From Balanoglossus misakiensis (lineage: Eukaryota; Animalia; Hemichordata): DNA of 64,000 bases. The number at the start of each line of letters is the position of its first letter. Position 1 is the first letter of the stretch. The stretch is from contig CM082586.2 in NCBI GenBank assembly GCA_040954595.2, forward strand, positions 6,725,237 through 6,789,236, written 5' to 3'. The position numbers and the translations under genes were made by a program. Shown one piece after another: positions 1 to 18,100 of this stretch. A model generated the notes under the pieces. The model worked only from the letters and a program-made list of their open reading frames with translations. It was not told where the DNA came from and searched no databases.

Positions 1-843
1 ATTTACATAAAGTTTAATGGATTAATATTCTGTTCAATTATGCCCATTTATTAAAGTATCTGTAATTATTCTGTAAATATTTACCTGTGTAGATAATGTA
101 ATATAATGAAAAATAGAGTTTTAAAATTAGAAGTAAACATATCTATTTGATTATTGAGATATTTCCAATTATATGTTGTTGTTTTTCCACTGTTTTCAAC
201 TATAGATTTTCATAGAATTTGTATGTACTGAATTTTGGATTGGAAGGGACATTGGCAGTCAGAGTTATTTTGTATAGAATTTCTTGGGAGCAACTCTTTG
301 AAAATGGGCTGGCAGAGTTGGAGGAGCAAAATCATTCAGATTGTCAACAAATTTATATTAACATTTACATTTCCTATATGTTCCATTTTAATTGTAGAGA
401 CTTTTGAAAAATGTTTTATAATTTTGTGTAGTTTTGAATTTTATCCATGATCAGAGCATATATGTACATATGACATTGCAAAACTTTACATCTTTCTTGT
501 TCTGTTTTAGAAATCTTATAGTCGAGTTATATTTTGCTATATTGAAAAATTAGTGTGTGTTTTGGTTTTACTATGCAGGGTAATGCTGTTGCTAAGGCAA
601 ACTGCAGGCCAGTTGTGATTAGTGTGGTATTTTCTCATTTCTGGCACTTATGTTGAGGGCACTCTTAATGATAAAATTTATCTGTATATCACCATTTAGT
701 GGTAATGGACGCAGACCTTTATCTGGTGAAGTTAAGGGATCTGAGAATTATGGTTTCATAAAAAAAAATTAAGTACATTTCGCTGCTTAGATGTTGCAGC
801 CTCAAATGAAAATAATCAAGTATCTCTACTCTATTTGCTGTGT

Positions 844-971
844 ACACCCCTTTCTTAAGTCTAGCGCCCTCTTGCAGCAGTGGTGAATTTCAACTCAATT
901 TTGCCTCTCTTTGAGTTTGAATATTCATGATGGCTGTGTATGTGAGGGCGATAGACTTCTGAAAAGGGTGT
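844..971. mobile_element. Short MITE-like inverted-repeat element (family also at 15701-15841)
   Basis: Imperfect terminal inverted repeats ACACCCCTTTCTTAAGTCTAGCGCCCTC ... GAGGGCGATAGACTTCTGAAAAGGGTGT. A related copy lies in TRPC intron 2. Confidence 0.6.
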
Positions 972-1570
972 CCATGCTGACAAACTTAATCCTTTGACTT
1001 AACAACTGCTGAAGAAACTTTGATCTTTTAACTATCCATGTGCAAGTAGCAATACAAGGCAAGTATCTAATATTACAGTCAATTTACAAATCTTACAAGC
1101 AATGATGATATCTTGCCTCAGCACGTCGACAATTTTCCACATTCCGTCCTGACACAGGAGGTTGTTGCCTTCCAAGTGATGTGGTAAAATGAAAATAATC
1201 AGATACTTAAAAATTATAAATTTTTCTTTTTTATAAGATTTTATTATTATAGCCACAGTCATATCGTTCATGAGAATGTATTATACATTCAATATGTAAG
1301 TACATTTTCAAGTTTTCCCGGTTGGTGTATATATACACAGATGTATAGAGCCATTTTAGAAACTTTTGGTATTTTTAATTTTTAAGTCATTGTTACCAAT
1401 CAATGTCGTCATAGTTTTTATACATTTTATTCAAATTTCTTCAAATATATTAAAATATATTGAATTATAAATTAGACAGGCTTGATGTTACTGGTAAGTA
1501 TCTATCGCAGTGATATTTTGATGTCTGTGCTTTCAGTAAGGGAGGCAGGGTGGGTATGCTGTATTTCAGA

Positions 1571-2028
1571 TAGTCTCGGTTACCCAGACGCCTTTGCTCT
1601 TCCGATACTCTCCAGAAAAAGGGTCTGGGGAAATGCTATTGAAAGCTTTGTAAAACAAAATGGCCGATGTCAGGATTTTGATCATCGCCTGATTGGCTGA
1701 GCTGTCAGTATGACCCGGGTCACTGACTCTCGACAATGTGTGATTTTTTGTCGTATCTTCATATCAAGAGACCGGTACTTGTTGGTTGATGCGAAAGGCA
1801 AAAGGCGTCCTCTGTTAGCATTGTTGGAGAAATTATATGAAATATCTTTGGGAGACGATTGTCGAAACTATTGCAGTGACCCGGGTCATACTGACAGCTC
1901 AGCCAATCAGGCGATGATCAAAATCGTGACATCGGCCATTTTGTTTTACAAAGCTTTCAATAGCATTTCCCCAGACCCTTTTTCTGGAGAGCATCGGAAG
2001 AGCAAAGGCGTCTGGGTAACCGAGACTA
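1571..2028. mobile_element. Non-autonomous DNA transposon (MITE), ~155-bp TIRs, 9-bp TSD
   Basis: 1571-~1725 (TAGTCTCGGTTACCCAGACG...) is a near-perfect reverse complement of ~1874-2028 (...CGTCTGGGTAACCGAGACTA). A direct repeat TATTTCAGA flanks it at 1562-1570 and 2029-2037. No transposase ORF. Confidence 0.92.
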
Positions 2029-3398
2029 TATTTCAGACAGAAGTAACGACAATACCCAGCATGCAGTGCGTACCTATGACTCAATGGTTGGTTAAAGTTC
2101 AAAGGTCATAAAGGCGAAGAACAGACAGACAGAAGATTGTGATTCACTGTACATATATACTTTAATTTCCAATTCCACGGAACTGGAATAAATACTTGTA
2201 TAAACATGTAAATTCAACTTCTTGACAACAAAGTCTCTTGATCATATGTATATCCGAACATTTGACTTTTGAAAGTTGAAAAATTCTATGCAAATTTCAA
2301 ACATTTCGCATCTGAAAGTTAAAATATAACAGATATTAATGTTTCCAAACGATCTGCAGCCAAAAATTTCGACTCCATTGAATTGTTTCAGTTTAAATCT
2401 GTATTACTGTTTGGATTATGTAGAAGACGAACTCGCTTCATTGGTTTTTTTCCCTACTTTGGCACGAGCTTGTCTGATTTTCTGTGGCCAGAATAGTCCG
2501 TGGGGTGCATGGAAACTTGAACACGTACTGTCTACACCATCAGGCAAAGTGGAACTGAGGGCGCCACCTAGCGGGCGAACATGCAAGATTATCTTCTGGG
2601 ATTGTCGCCCAGTATGTTAGACTACTGGATTAATAATGCGATCAAAACAAAACAAACCGTCTCACGGCAAATAAAGTAAAACTGAAAAAATGAGGTTTCA
2701 AAATATCCTCATACACACTACATGTCATGGTCGGAGCGTAGAAATAATTGGATGGATTAGTTTTTTTCCTCGGAAATCTACTGCAATTTTGATAGTTAAC
2801 TGTTTTTTCCCTCATTGTTAAGTATTTCTAACGGCCTGATTGGTGCCGATGATGCTATAAAGATGAAAGACTTCACAAATCTGTAAATGTTGGCAGATAG
2901 ACATTTTTAGAATTATTTACAACAAAGGGGAAACGAATCTAAAACTAAACACACAGAATTTCACGTATCGGTGGGAATGTGGAGCATTTACATTTGCACG
3001 TTGCAACCGCGACTCGTTATTTCAGGAAAAAGTAGTTATTTTTGTTATCCGATTTACAAGGCTCAGTCGCCGTAAAACCTGGCGAACATGATACTAGTAG
3101 TTGACGTCACAGAAAATGATAAACAACGAACAACGCTGCACCTGGATTCGACAACTGTGTCCATGTTTTGGCGGAGGATCAGTAATTACCTCAGCGTTAA
3201 TTAAGTACTTTGTACCCGTCAATTAAAAACATGCCCACGCCTTATTTCTCGTGAAAGCAACATTTCCATGAACGGAAAAGGTTTGGCACAAAAGCAAATT
3301 GAAAAAAAAATTACTGCTTGTCTCTTAAAGTTTACTCCACGGTAGTTATGGACACTTCTATAATTTTTAGTCAATTAAAAAGGCCGCTGGATCATTTG

Positions 3399-9746
<6,348 letters not shown>

Positions 9747-11460
9747 CTGGAATGAAAACAGAAGAAAGAGGATAACTTGCAGTATGAATTAATGGCGGGC
9801 AGCGGTGGTCATCTATGATGACAGTGGACTATGGTGGTTGAAGGGGGGGGGGCGATGTTTTTTGTTGTTATTTTTGGTCTTGTTTTGGTGGTAGTGTGGA
9901 CTTATGTGGTCTTCAGGTGTGCTGGCCTCTCCAAGGTTATTCAACCCGGATACGACGAGTATAGGTGTCACGGTGACGTCAGAGACCGGATTCGTACGAC
10001 CTTGTCGATCCCGTTTCAATGGCATGATGTGGCACTGATCATGCATGCGACTTGTCGCTCTCACGGTTTGAATTAAGGAGACTGAATCTCTTGATGTGAA
10101 ACCTGGAATGTGACGGGCTTCAGAAAGCGATACGCGGCGGTGGAACCTTCCTTAGACTGTTTGACTACCTCCACCGGGTTCGTGCACACACTAGATGTAG
10201 ATGCCTTTTCTCTTAAAATTTCCCCGTGACATCATTCCTCACACAGGCCTATGTATTGTGGATAGTAAACATTAACTGTGCAAAATACTATTAAAATCAA
10301 TGCATTTGAAATAGTCGGGTGTGAACAGGCACCGTTGACTAATAACCATCGTGTATGCCACGAACATCCGCGCATAGCAGCGCGCTGAAGTCGTTTGAGG
10401 TGACGGTGTGGATATCATTGGTTGCCATGCCAACCGACAGTACCTGCATTGGTACGAGCGCACGTGGATTTATTAGATGTTGTCATTATGTCAACAATAT
10501 GTCGTATCGCACGATCACAACAAAATTCCGAATTTTCACTTCTGTTTCCTGGCGACCTTTAGACTGTTGTAATTAAACGATGCTCTTAAAAGAACGATTA
10601 TTTTGGGCATGAGTATTATAATTCCCCGTCTAGCCTAGTGATAAAATGTTTAAATCGTTCCAGACGAATTCACGTCATAATTGCTGATCTGCAAGACTAT
10701 TTTACACGTCTAAATAATACATGTTGAATACACGTATAAATTTGCAAACGACGAGAAATTCTCACGGACCATACAAATGTAGGTAAATAAATCCTCATTG
10801 AAAGGCTGAATAATAATGGCTGACTATAGTGGAATGGCAAAATACCCCGTTCGCGTCGCCTGCCGATTCTCTTACCGTTCACAGCCGTCTCGAAGAAACC
10901 ATTTCCGATTCAGATGGCGTGGACTGTTTCATACCAGCTCAAAATGTCTATAAAATCAAGAATTATGACGACGACACTCCCAAACGGGGACCACGCAAAC
11001 GAGCGTCCATGGCGTCGACTGTGTAAGCTTTGCAATGGCATTCAGGTGAGAGTGACCTGACCCGAAAACGAATTACTAAGCATAAATTATTACTGCAGTG
11101 GGCTGTGGCGGCCAGGTATGACTATTTTAAAACAGCAATTGGTCCGTGGTGTGCGTTTCACGTGTAACTATGATATGAAATGGGATTTCGACAATACAAA
11201 TTAATATCATAGTCACCATCAACACTGTTAAAATGTATTACCATTAAAAAAACCGTGGGGGGGGGGGGGGGGTTAAAGCGAAAGTGCGTAGTTATGAGGA
11301 AGTAAAACAACGAAAAATACTGTGTTGTAACCACGGTTACGGTGAAATGTCAACACATATTAAAACAGTAAACCTGGGGTTGCGTGTCAACAGCAAACAG
11401 ATCAGAACAGTCATTTCGCCGAGTAAACATCGTAAAATGAACCATTTGGCTATGACGCTA

Positions 11461-11640
11461 GACTAGCCCACTAGTCGCTTGGTGATTTTTAAATCTCAAT
11501 ACTTTTTGTGTTTTCGGTGGTTTTTTGTCTTAATAAATAATTGCAATACATTTTGCGTGCATGCTTGCCTTGAGCGTGTTTTGGTAGTGAGGTGAGTTTC
11601 GAATTTGGGAATGAGCTTGTGGTTTCGGGTAGCGTCGACC
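11461..11640. repeat. Dispersed repeat copy (second copy at ~31099-31260)
   Basis: Both loci share GACTAGCCCACTAGTCGCTTGGTGATTTTT exactly, plus a similar downstream GAGTTTCGAATT...GGTTTCGG segment. Confidence 0.7.
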
Positions 11641-13749
11641 AAGCGCGTTCCCTACACATAATGAAGCCCATAGACTTGGAGCAAGTCTACTATGACGCGT
11701 AAACGGTAACGTTGCGCTCGAGGTCGTGTTGACGATATTTATCGCTTTTGTGTGTTCAATGGCCAATAGCCGTGGCTTTTAACAAACTTACAGATAATGA
11801 AGTTCCGAGGCCTATATCCCCTACACCCGTGACTCTACGGTGGCTATTTTGGGAAAGCTAATTTGCAGACTGTCAGGGCGGACAATGGCATTTCCTCCTT
11901 CGTGTCACCGACAGAGAAAACAAGACCATTGTATCTTTGACTAGGTCTTTCATGATATGTATGAACGCTTTAATAACACCGGAATCAATCAACACACTGA
12001 GAAAATCCACCCACAGATATTTTGAAAATATATATATATTATTAATATTTCCAAATTGATGTTTTCATCTATGTATCTCCTATCCATTATTAACAGGTGG
12101 TTGAAAATTCACATTCGGTGGTGACGTGAACGTGACGTACATGTACTAGCAATATGTGTTCTAGACGTTTTCAAATTGTGTTTTTCCAACGCGTTGCCAG
12201 TATTTTTTTGCCAGTGAGGAAATAAGCGAGAATATCTTGATTGGTTACACTTTACAAGGCAATTTTGGAGACAGTGAAGACTTTCGGACGATTTTGTTCA
12301 TCGCGAAATAAACAATAAAAAACTATTTAAAAAAGACGAAATGGGTTTTATAACCAAACATTTTCAAGCAACACGAAATAGACTTACATGGTTCCTTTTT
12401 GTGCTGCTACGACACGACACGATCGATATTTGTTGAAAGGGGCAATGGGATTTCAACCACCTTCAGAGATCATGCGCCCTAGCTCATTGAGCGTTATTTT
12501 GAAGCCGCGCCAAGATCATATATGAAACGCGTGTAAACAAGACAGTTCGGACACTGTACAGTAATTGGTAGATGTTGTACTACCCACAGTAATTGAGGGC
12601 CATATATTTAAACGTTGTTTATGGACTGAGCCTTATCACAGTCACTCAAGAGGGACTGTGGCCTATATACTCACGGAACAGTAGAGTTAGTCAACTCTTG
12701 AATCATATGACACAAGCTAGTGGTTTAGTTGCGTCAGACGGTACGTGTCAAATTACAGTTTAAAAATGTCTCTTGAGAAAGTATGAGAAAGTTCATGCAG
12801 TCCACGTGCATTTAAGGGATAGTTCAATGAGTCGGATATTGTGCGCAACGGTAGGTAGCGAACTATATCAGTAGTCAACTGACGGAAGTTGACGCAGTTT
12901 CTCTCCCAACACAACTTTCCTTTGGTTGGCTGTGGATATTAAAATACACGTGAAGTGAGGAAGTGGGGGCTTACCTTAATATGGAAGTCATACACCAAAG
13001 TTATCCTGTGTTGACATTTTTCACAATTGAGAGGGACGATGGTGGTCGCGGAACAAGTTCTGGGCCTATTGGTAAAGTGAATGAGTGTCGTGGGCCGGCG
13101 GCCAACATTATCCAGGGGGAAAGCTTTGTTATTCAAATTAATGCCCGTAAGACGATCGGTAAAGTTCATTCAGTGGTTACGCAGGCATTGTTTGCTGTGT
13201 TGTCAACACAACGTTTCCCGGCCCCATGAGCCGGTTAAAGGGCGCCCTCTGCAGGCATTGATGTCTTTTCTTTGACTTTTCGTTGGTAGCAATTTTTTCA
13301 ACAAAAACCTTTGGTTTATCAGCTTACGTAAGTGTGACGTTCATGTAAATTGAACGGCCGAATACGGGTGTACATCGCATGGTATTCATTGCATATTAAT
13401 TTTTAATTAAAACAACACGTCCAGTAGTTATAGAATTCGTTATCGCTAAACATTCAACTCTCTTTAAGAATTCAACGTTAATTGTTGCAAAGAAAACACT
13501 AGTAATTCGGGTATGAACATGTTTGGAATTCGAACCTTCGAATAATTGTTACGACACTGTTATAATCTGACATTAGTGGCCCTACCCTTCCTCAGTCGTC
13601 GGCAGCAGTTTGGTGAATGCATGGACCCGTCGCCCTCCTTCCCCAGACAGTGAGAAGTCTATCAGGCAGACAAGAATCCTGCTCCCAGATTTCCCGCCTG
13701 CACGTGAGTTACATTAAGGTCTTTTGGGGGCTCGTGAAGTTTACTACTT

Positions 13750-13955
13750 TGTAAAACACTTTATTTTCGCGAGTCAAAATTTTCGTGATATCGAGAGAGG
13801 CCACTGTTTCGCGAGTATTAATTTTCGCGTTCTCTTATTTCATTCACTGAATCGTTATCTTCAAAAAAAATTTCCGCGATTTTTTATTTTCACGCTATTT
13901 TGGCTCTCGCGTATTACGCGAAATTTTATTGCTTGCGAAAATAAAGTGTTTTACA
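13750..13955. mobile_element. MITE with ~22-bp TIRs
   Basis: TGTAAAACACTTTATTTTCGC ... GCGAAAATAAAGTGTTTTACA inverted termini, with internal TTTTCGCG subrepeats. Confidence 0.75.
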
Positions 13956-15196
13956 GATATATAATTTTTTGAGTTTGCTGTAATCTACTGATAAAATAGA
14001 ACTATTGACACTGACACTGACGTGAACTTGACATTTCATCCGGAAATCGAAGAATAGTAGAATCTACTGTAGATTAACGAAGCAATTGAATGTGAAAGAG
14101 TGAATGTAAAAAGAAGATATTCAGGTTCATGAGCTTTTGCACATGGATGTTGATCCAAGCCCTCTCTGTACCGGCTAACTTCGTCGAGTAGGGTAAAATG
14201 CTTTCTAGTTCTTGTATCTTGTCATTACAGAACAATTATAATTAATTGTCGTGTATCTTTGTTTTCTTAGTTTGTCATTTTTACATTGTTGTGTGTTTTA
14301 TGTTTGCAATATGGACAGTTTTTATTAGGTACTAGCATTCAATCATGTGATTAAAACTGGTTTAATCCTGGGCTAAATACTAAGGCAGTACATATCAATA
14401 TTTAAAAAGGAAATGCGGAGCTTCGAAAGGTTATCTTAGTGTGGTAGAACCCATTCTCAACTGCAAAAACAATCCTTGCAGGTTCACATCGGCAATTTGT
14501 GCATTTTGACACAAATTCAGAAAGGTCAAATAAAGTGCGTTGTATCTCAACCCAGTTACGATGAAGTTAAAACGGCTTTGCATTCTGCGGGAATTCACAT
14601 TAATAAAGGTTATTGTCATGCATTTTAATAAAAGACAAAAGGACAGGACAATGGGCCACAAATCCGTATCATTGACGTATTAAAGTACGGTTCGTGGAAA
14701 ATTTACAATACTGTGGCATGCGTTTTGTGATAACTTTTATTGTGACGTAAGCAGGTATTGCTTACTAAAATAAATGACTATTTGGGCGTTTAGCCTTCAA
14801 CAGTTTTTCTCTGTAAAATTTTATTCATAGTGACTATTAAAGCCAATTACAAGGTCCAAGAAACCGATATAAACATTAACCGGGGTCAACTTACACCACT
14901 ACATTCGACGACGGGTATGGGCATGCATGCACTCGATTAGACTCTCTCACAGCCCCTCACGTCGTCCATGCAGGCTTATGGACTGATTGCATGTGTGCTA
15001 AGGTTCGCTACACAACACCAAACGGTGCTTCTCCCTTGCCAAACGGTGGAGGGCGCGTCAGTGAAGAGCCTTGTAGCAGATCGTGGGCTGTGAGAGAGTC
15101 TAGCACTCGATTGACTCGATGCCCCCCCCCCCCCCCCTCATTTGACACCGGCTCACACGCAACTTTGTTTCTTTCACAGAACTTTAACGCACAACA

Positions 15197-18100
15197 ATGG
15201 GAAAGCTCGAGAAACTTTACCTAGCGTCCGCTGAAAAAGGTGACCTTATTGGACTGGAAACCGCGCTGGAAGACTCGTCGGATTTCGACATTAATACCCG
15301 AGACTTCAAGGGGAGAACCGCCCTTGATTTGGCCATAGAGAATGGTCAAATAGGTAGGCAGACAATGTTCGCACTTGGAGACAACAGAACTTTAGTTCAA
15401 AATATCATCCCATGCGATGGTTTTATAAAATGGCCGAGCTTGCAATTGTCAATGGTGTGACTTTTCTTGGTTAACCTACACGAATCACGTGACTTTCACA
15501 CGTCTTACCTGTATTTAACCCTTAACTATTGTTGTTGCAATTTTCCGTTTTTTTTTACAGACGCTATGAAAATGTTACTGGCCAACGGAGTTGACATAGG
15601 CGATGCCCTGTTGAAAGCCCTGGACAACAAACTTTTGGAGGCAGCGCGCTTGCTGTTGGAGCAGCCTCAGGTAAGCCGCAGCTAATCGAGAGTAAAGGCT
15701 ACTTCTTTTTCATAAGTCTAGCGCCCTCATACAGTCATCATGAATTTGAACTCAAAGCGTGGCCAATTGGGAAAATTTGACCAATCAGGTCAAGGGTGTC
15801 ATGGTGGCCGCGTGAGGGCGCTAGACTCATGAAGAGAGTGTGTCTGTGGATGGTGTACTACTACTTATATCATCTCAATGTCTCCTGTATTCTGGACAGT
15901 AGACGTCTCTAAAGAAAACGAGGAAAGTAACCAATATGTCATACACTGAACACGGTGTTCATTTCTCTGCAGGGAAAAGATCTGGCTGTCCAACATGTAG
16001 TTCACGACATTGAAGACTTTCATCCGGACATCACACCGATAATTTTGGCGGCTCACCAAAACGACTATAATGCCATTAAGGTAAGACGGTGTGACATAGG
16101 CCAAGGCCAAACCGTTGGACAGTCAAATTTTGAAGTTTTGAGTGAAATTCCTCCGACCCCCCACCCCAGGCCTGAAATAATGACGGCTCCCTTAGAGAGG
16201 ATCTCTAAGGGAGCATTGACTCTCACCGTTGACTTTATACTTACAGCTGTTGGTGGAAGCGGGGGCGCCCCCTATCGACTTGGCGGATATTAAATCAGAG
16301 AAACATACAGTGCAGCGTTCTGTCGGTACCCTAAATATCTACAAGGCCCTTGCAAGTGAAGCCTACATCTCTTACACTGAAATTGAGATGAAAGAGCACT
16401 CCGATCCATTCGGGAGAGCCTTCGAAGTGAGTATTTGCAGTATACACGTAAGGCATTATAGATAAGGGTGAATCTCACGTCATGTCATTTGAATTTCTGG
16501 CCAAAAGCACTCGCTCATGTCACGTGACTATTTAAATCCATCAAATACATCGCCAGTCCGCCTATGCATTCTTCAAGTTCTATTTCGGGGTGACCAGATA
16601 GGAAACACCCGCTGAAAGTAGACATTGAAAGTACAGTTCCATTCTCCGTACAGAGATTGTAGCGCGTAGATAATTCTAACCTAGCTAGGCGGTCTAGTGC
16701 GGCCAGTTCCCCTAGCCAGGTTAGCTACAATCTCTCTGTGAAAGTACATGTACTTTAGTTTGATCACGTGACAACCGTGACACGTGCCGTTAAGAACTCC
16801 CTAGCTTCGCGGCAATGCGTCAAATATAATGGTGGTGTTTGGATTCAACACAAAATACAAACCGACCAGGCCACCAGGGGGTATTTTTACACACTTGTTG
16901 CAGTTTTAGCCCCTTTCCTTCCGAAGTTTTTTTTTTTATATATCTAATAAACACATTTCTGTTGAAATGTATTAACAGCTGTCGAACGAGTTGCGCCAAC
17001 TCAGTTCCTCGGAATACGAATTTCGACAAGACTACGCAGAACTGGCAGATAAGTGCGAACAATACGGCGCCGATCTGCTGGGACAGACGCGAAGTGCAGG
17101 AGAGCTTGAGGCGGTTATGAATCATAATTCGCATCCAAAAGCTAACGGCAATCAGGAAATGAACCTGCCCGCTAAGATTTATGACGCCGTCAAAGGAGAG
17201 CAGAAGAAGGTGAAGTGATATGTTTTATTTTATTTTGTCTTTTTTGTTTTTTGTCTTTTTTTTTCGTTTTGTGTCGTGTTTGTTGTGTTGTATTGTGATT
17301 TCACTTGTTTTGTTTTGTTTCTAACCAACCAAGCAAGCAAGCAACCAAGCAACCAACCAACCAGCTTGTCTGTCTGACCTGTCCATCTCATCCATCCATC
17401 CATCCATCCATCCATTCGTACATCGACCCGTTTCATTTGATGTACCTTCAACGGAATATCTCCAGCCAAAGTTCTTCTAAACGCCTTCTTCTCCTTTCCA
17501 GTTTGTGGCCCATCCGTACTGTCAGCAGTATTTGATCGAGCGTTGGTATCATGGCCTGGCGGATTGGCGTGACAAGAGCTCATTACGCAATGTCTGTCTG
17601 TCATCGCTCATCATGTTGATGTCCCCGATAATGAGTCTTCTCTATATCCTGTTTCCCTATGGAGGAATTGGACGTTTCATGAATATACCGTAAGTTATAT
17701 TTTCGTTTTAGGTCAAATGTTCATTTTACTAAATATATACATGTACAACGTATCCTTAAGTACGGATGTTTATTTAAAAAAAATGATTACCGATGTAAAA
17801 ACAATCATTGCGATCATACCCTGCAATATTCAATCATTCGTATGTCGAATTTACATTGAAATAGCCAGTTTCATAGAAATAGAAATATTCAACACAGCAC
17901 AGCACATCACATTACAGCACAGCACAGCACACAACACAACAACCAGCGATCTTTTGTTTTAAAAGGTACATTGAACGCATCTACTAGTTCATGTCGACTG
18001 TATGCCGAATAAGTGTTTGAATGATGTTGTATTCCATTTTAACATTATTCCTTACAGATATGTCAAGTTCCTGGTGCACTCTGCCTCCTACTTGTTCTTT

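Noticed and set aside
1-1500. AT-rich region with short ORFs
   Set aside because: No coding signal; probably UTR or intergenic sequence.
1482-2111. Near-identical ORFs on opposite strands (SLGYPDAFALP...)
   Set aside because: A consequence of the MITE's inverted repeats.
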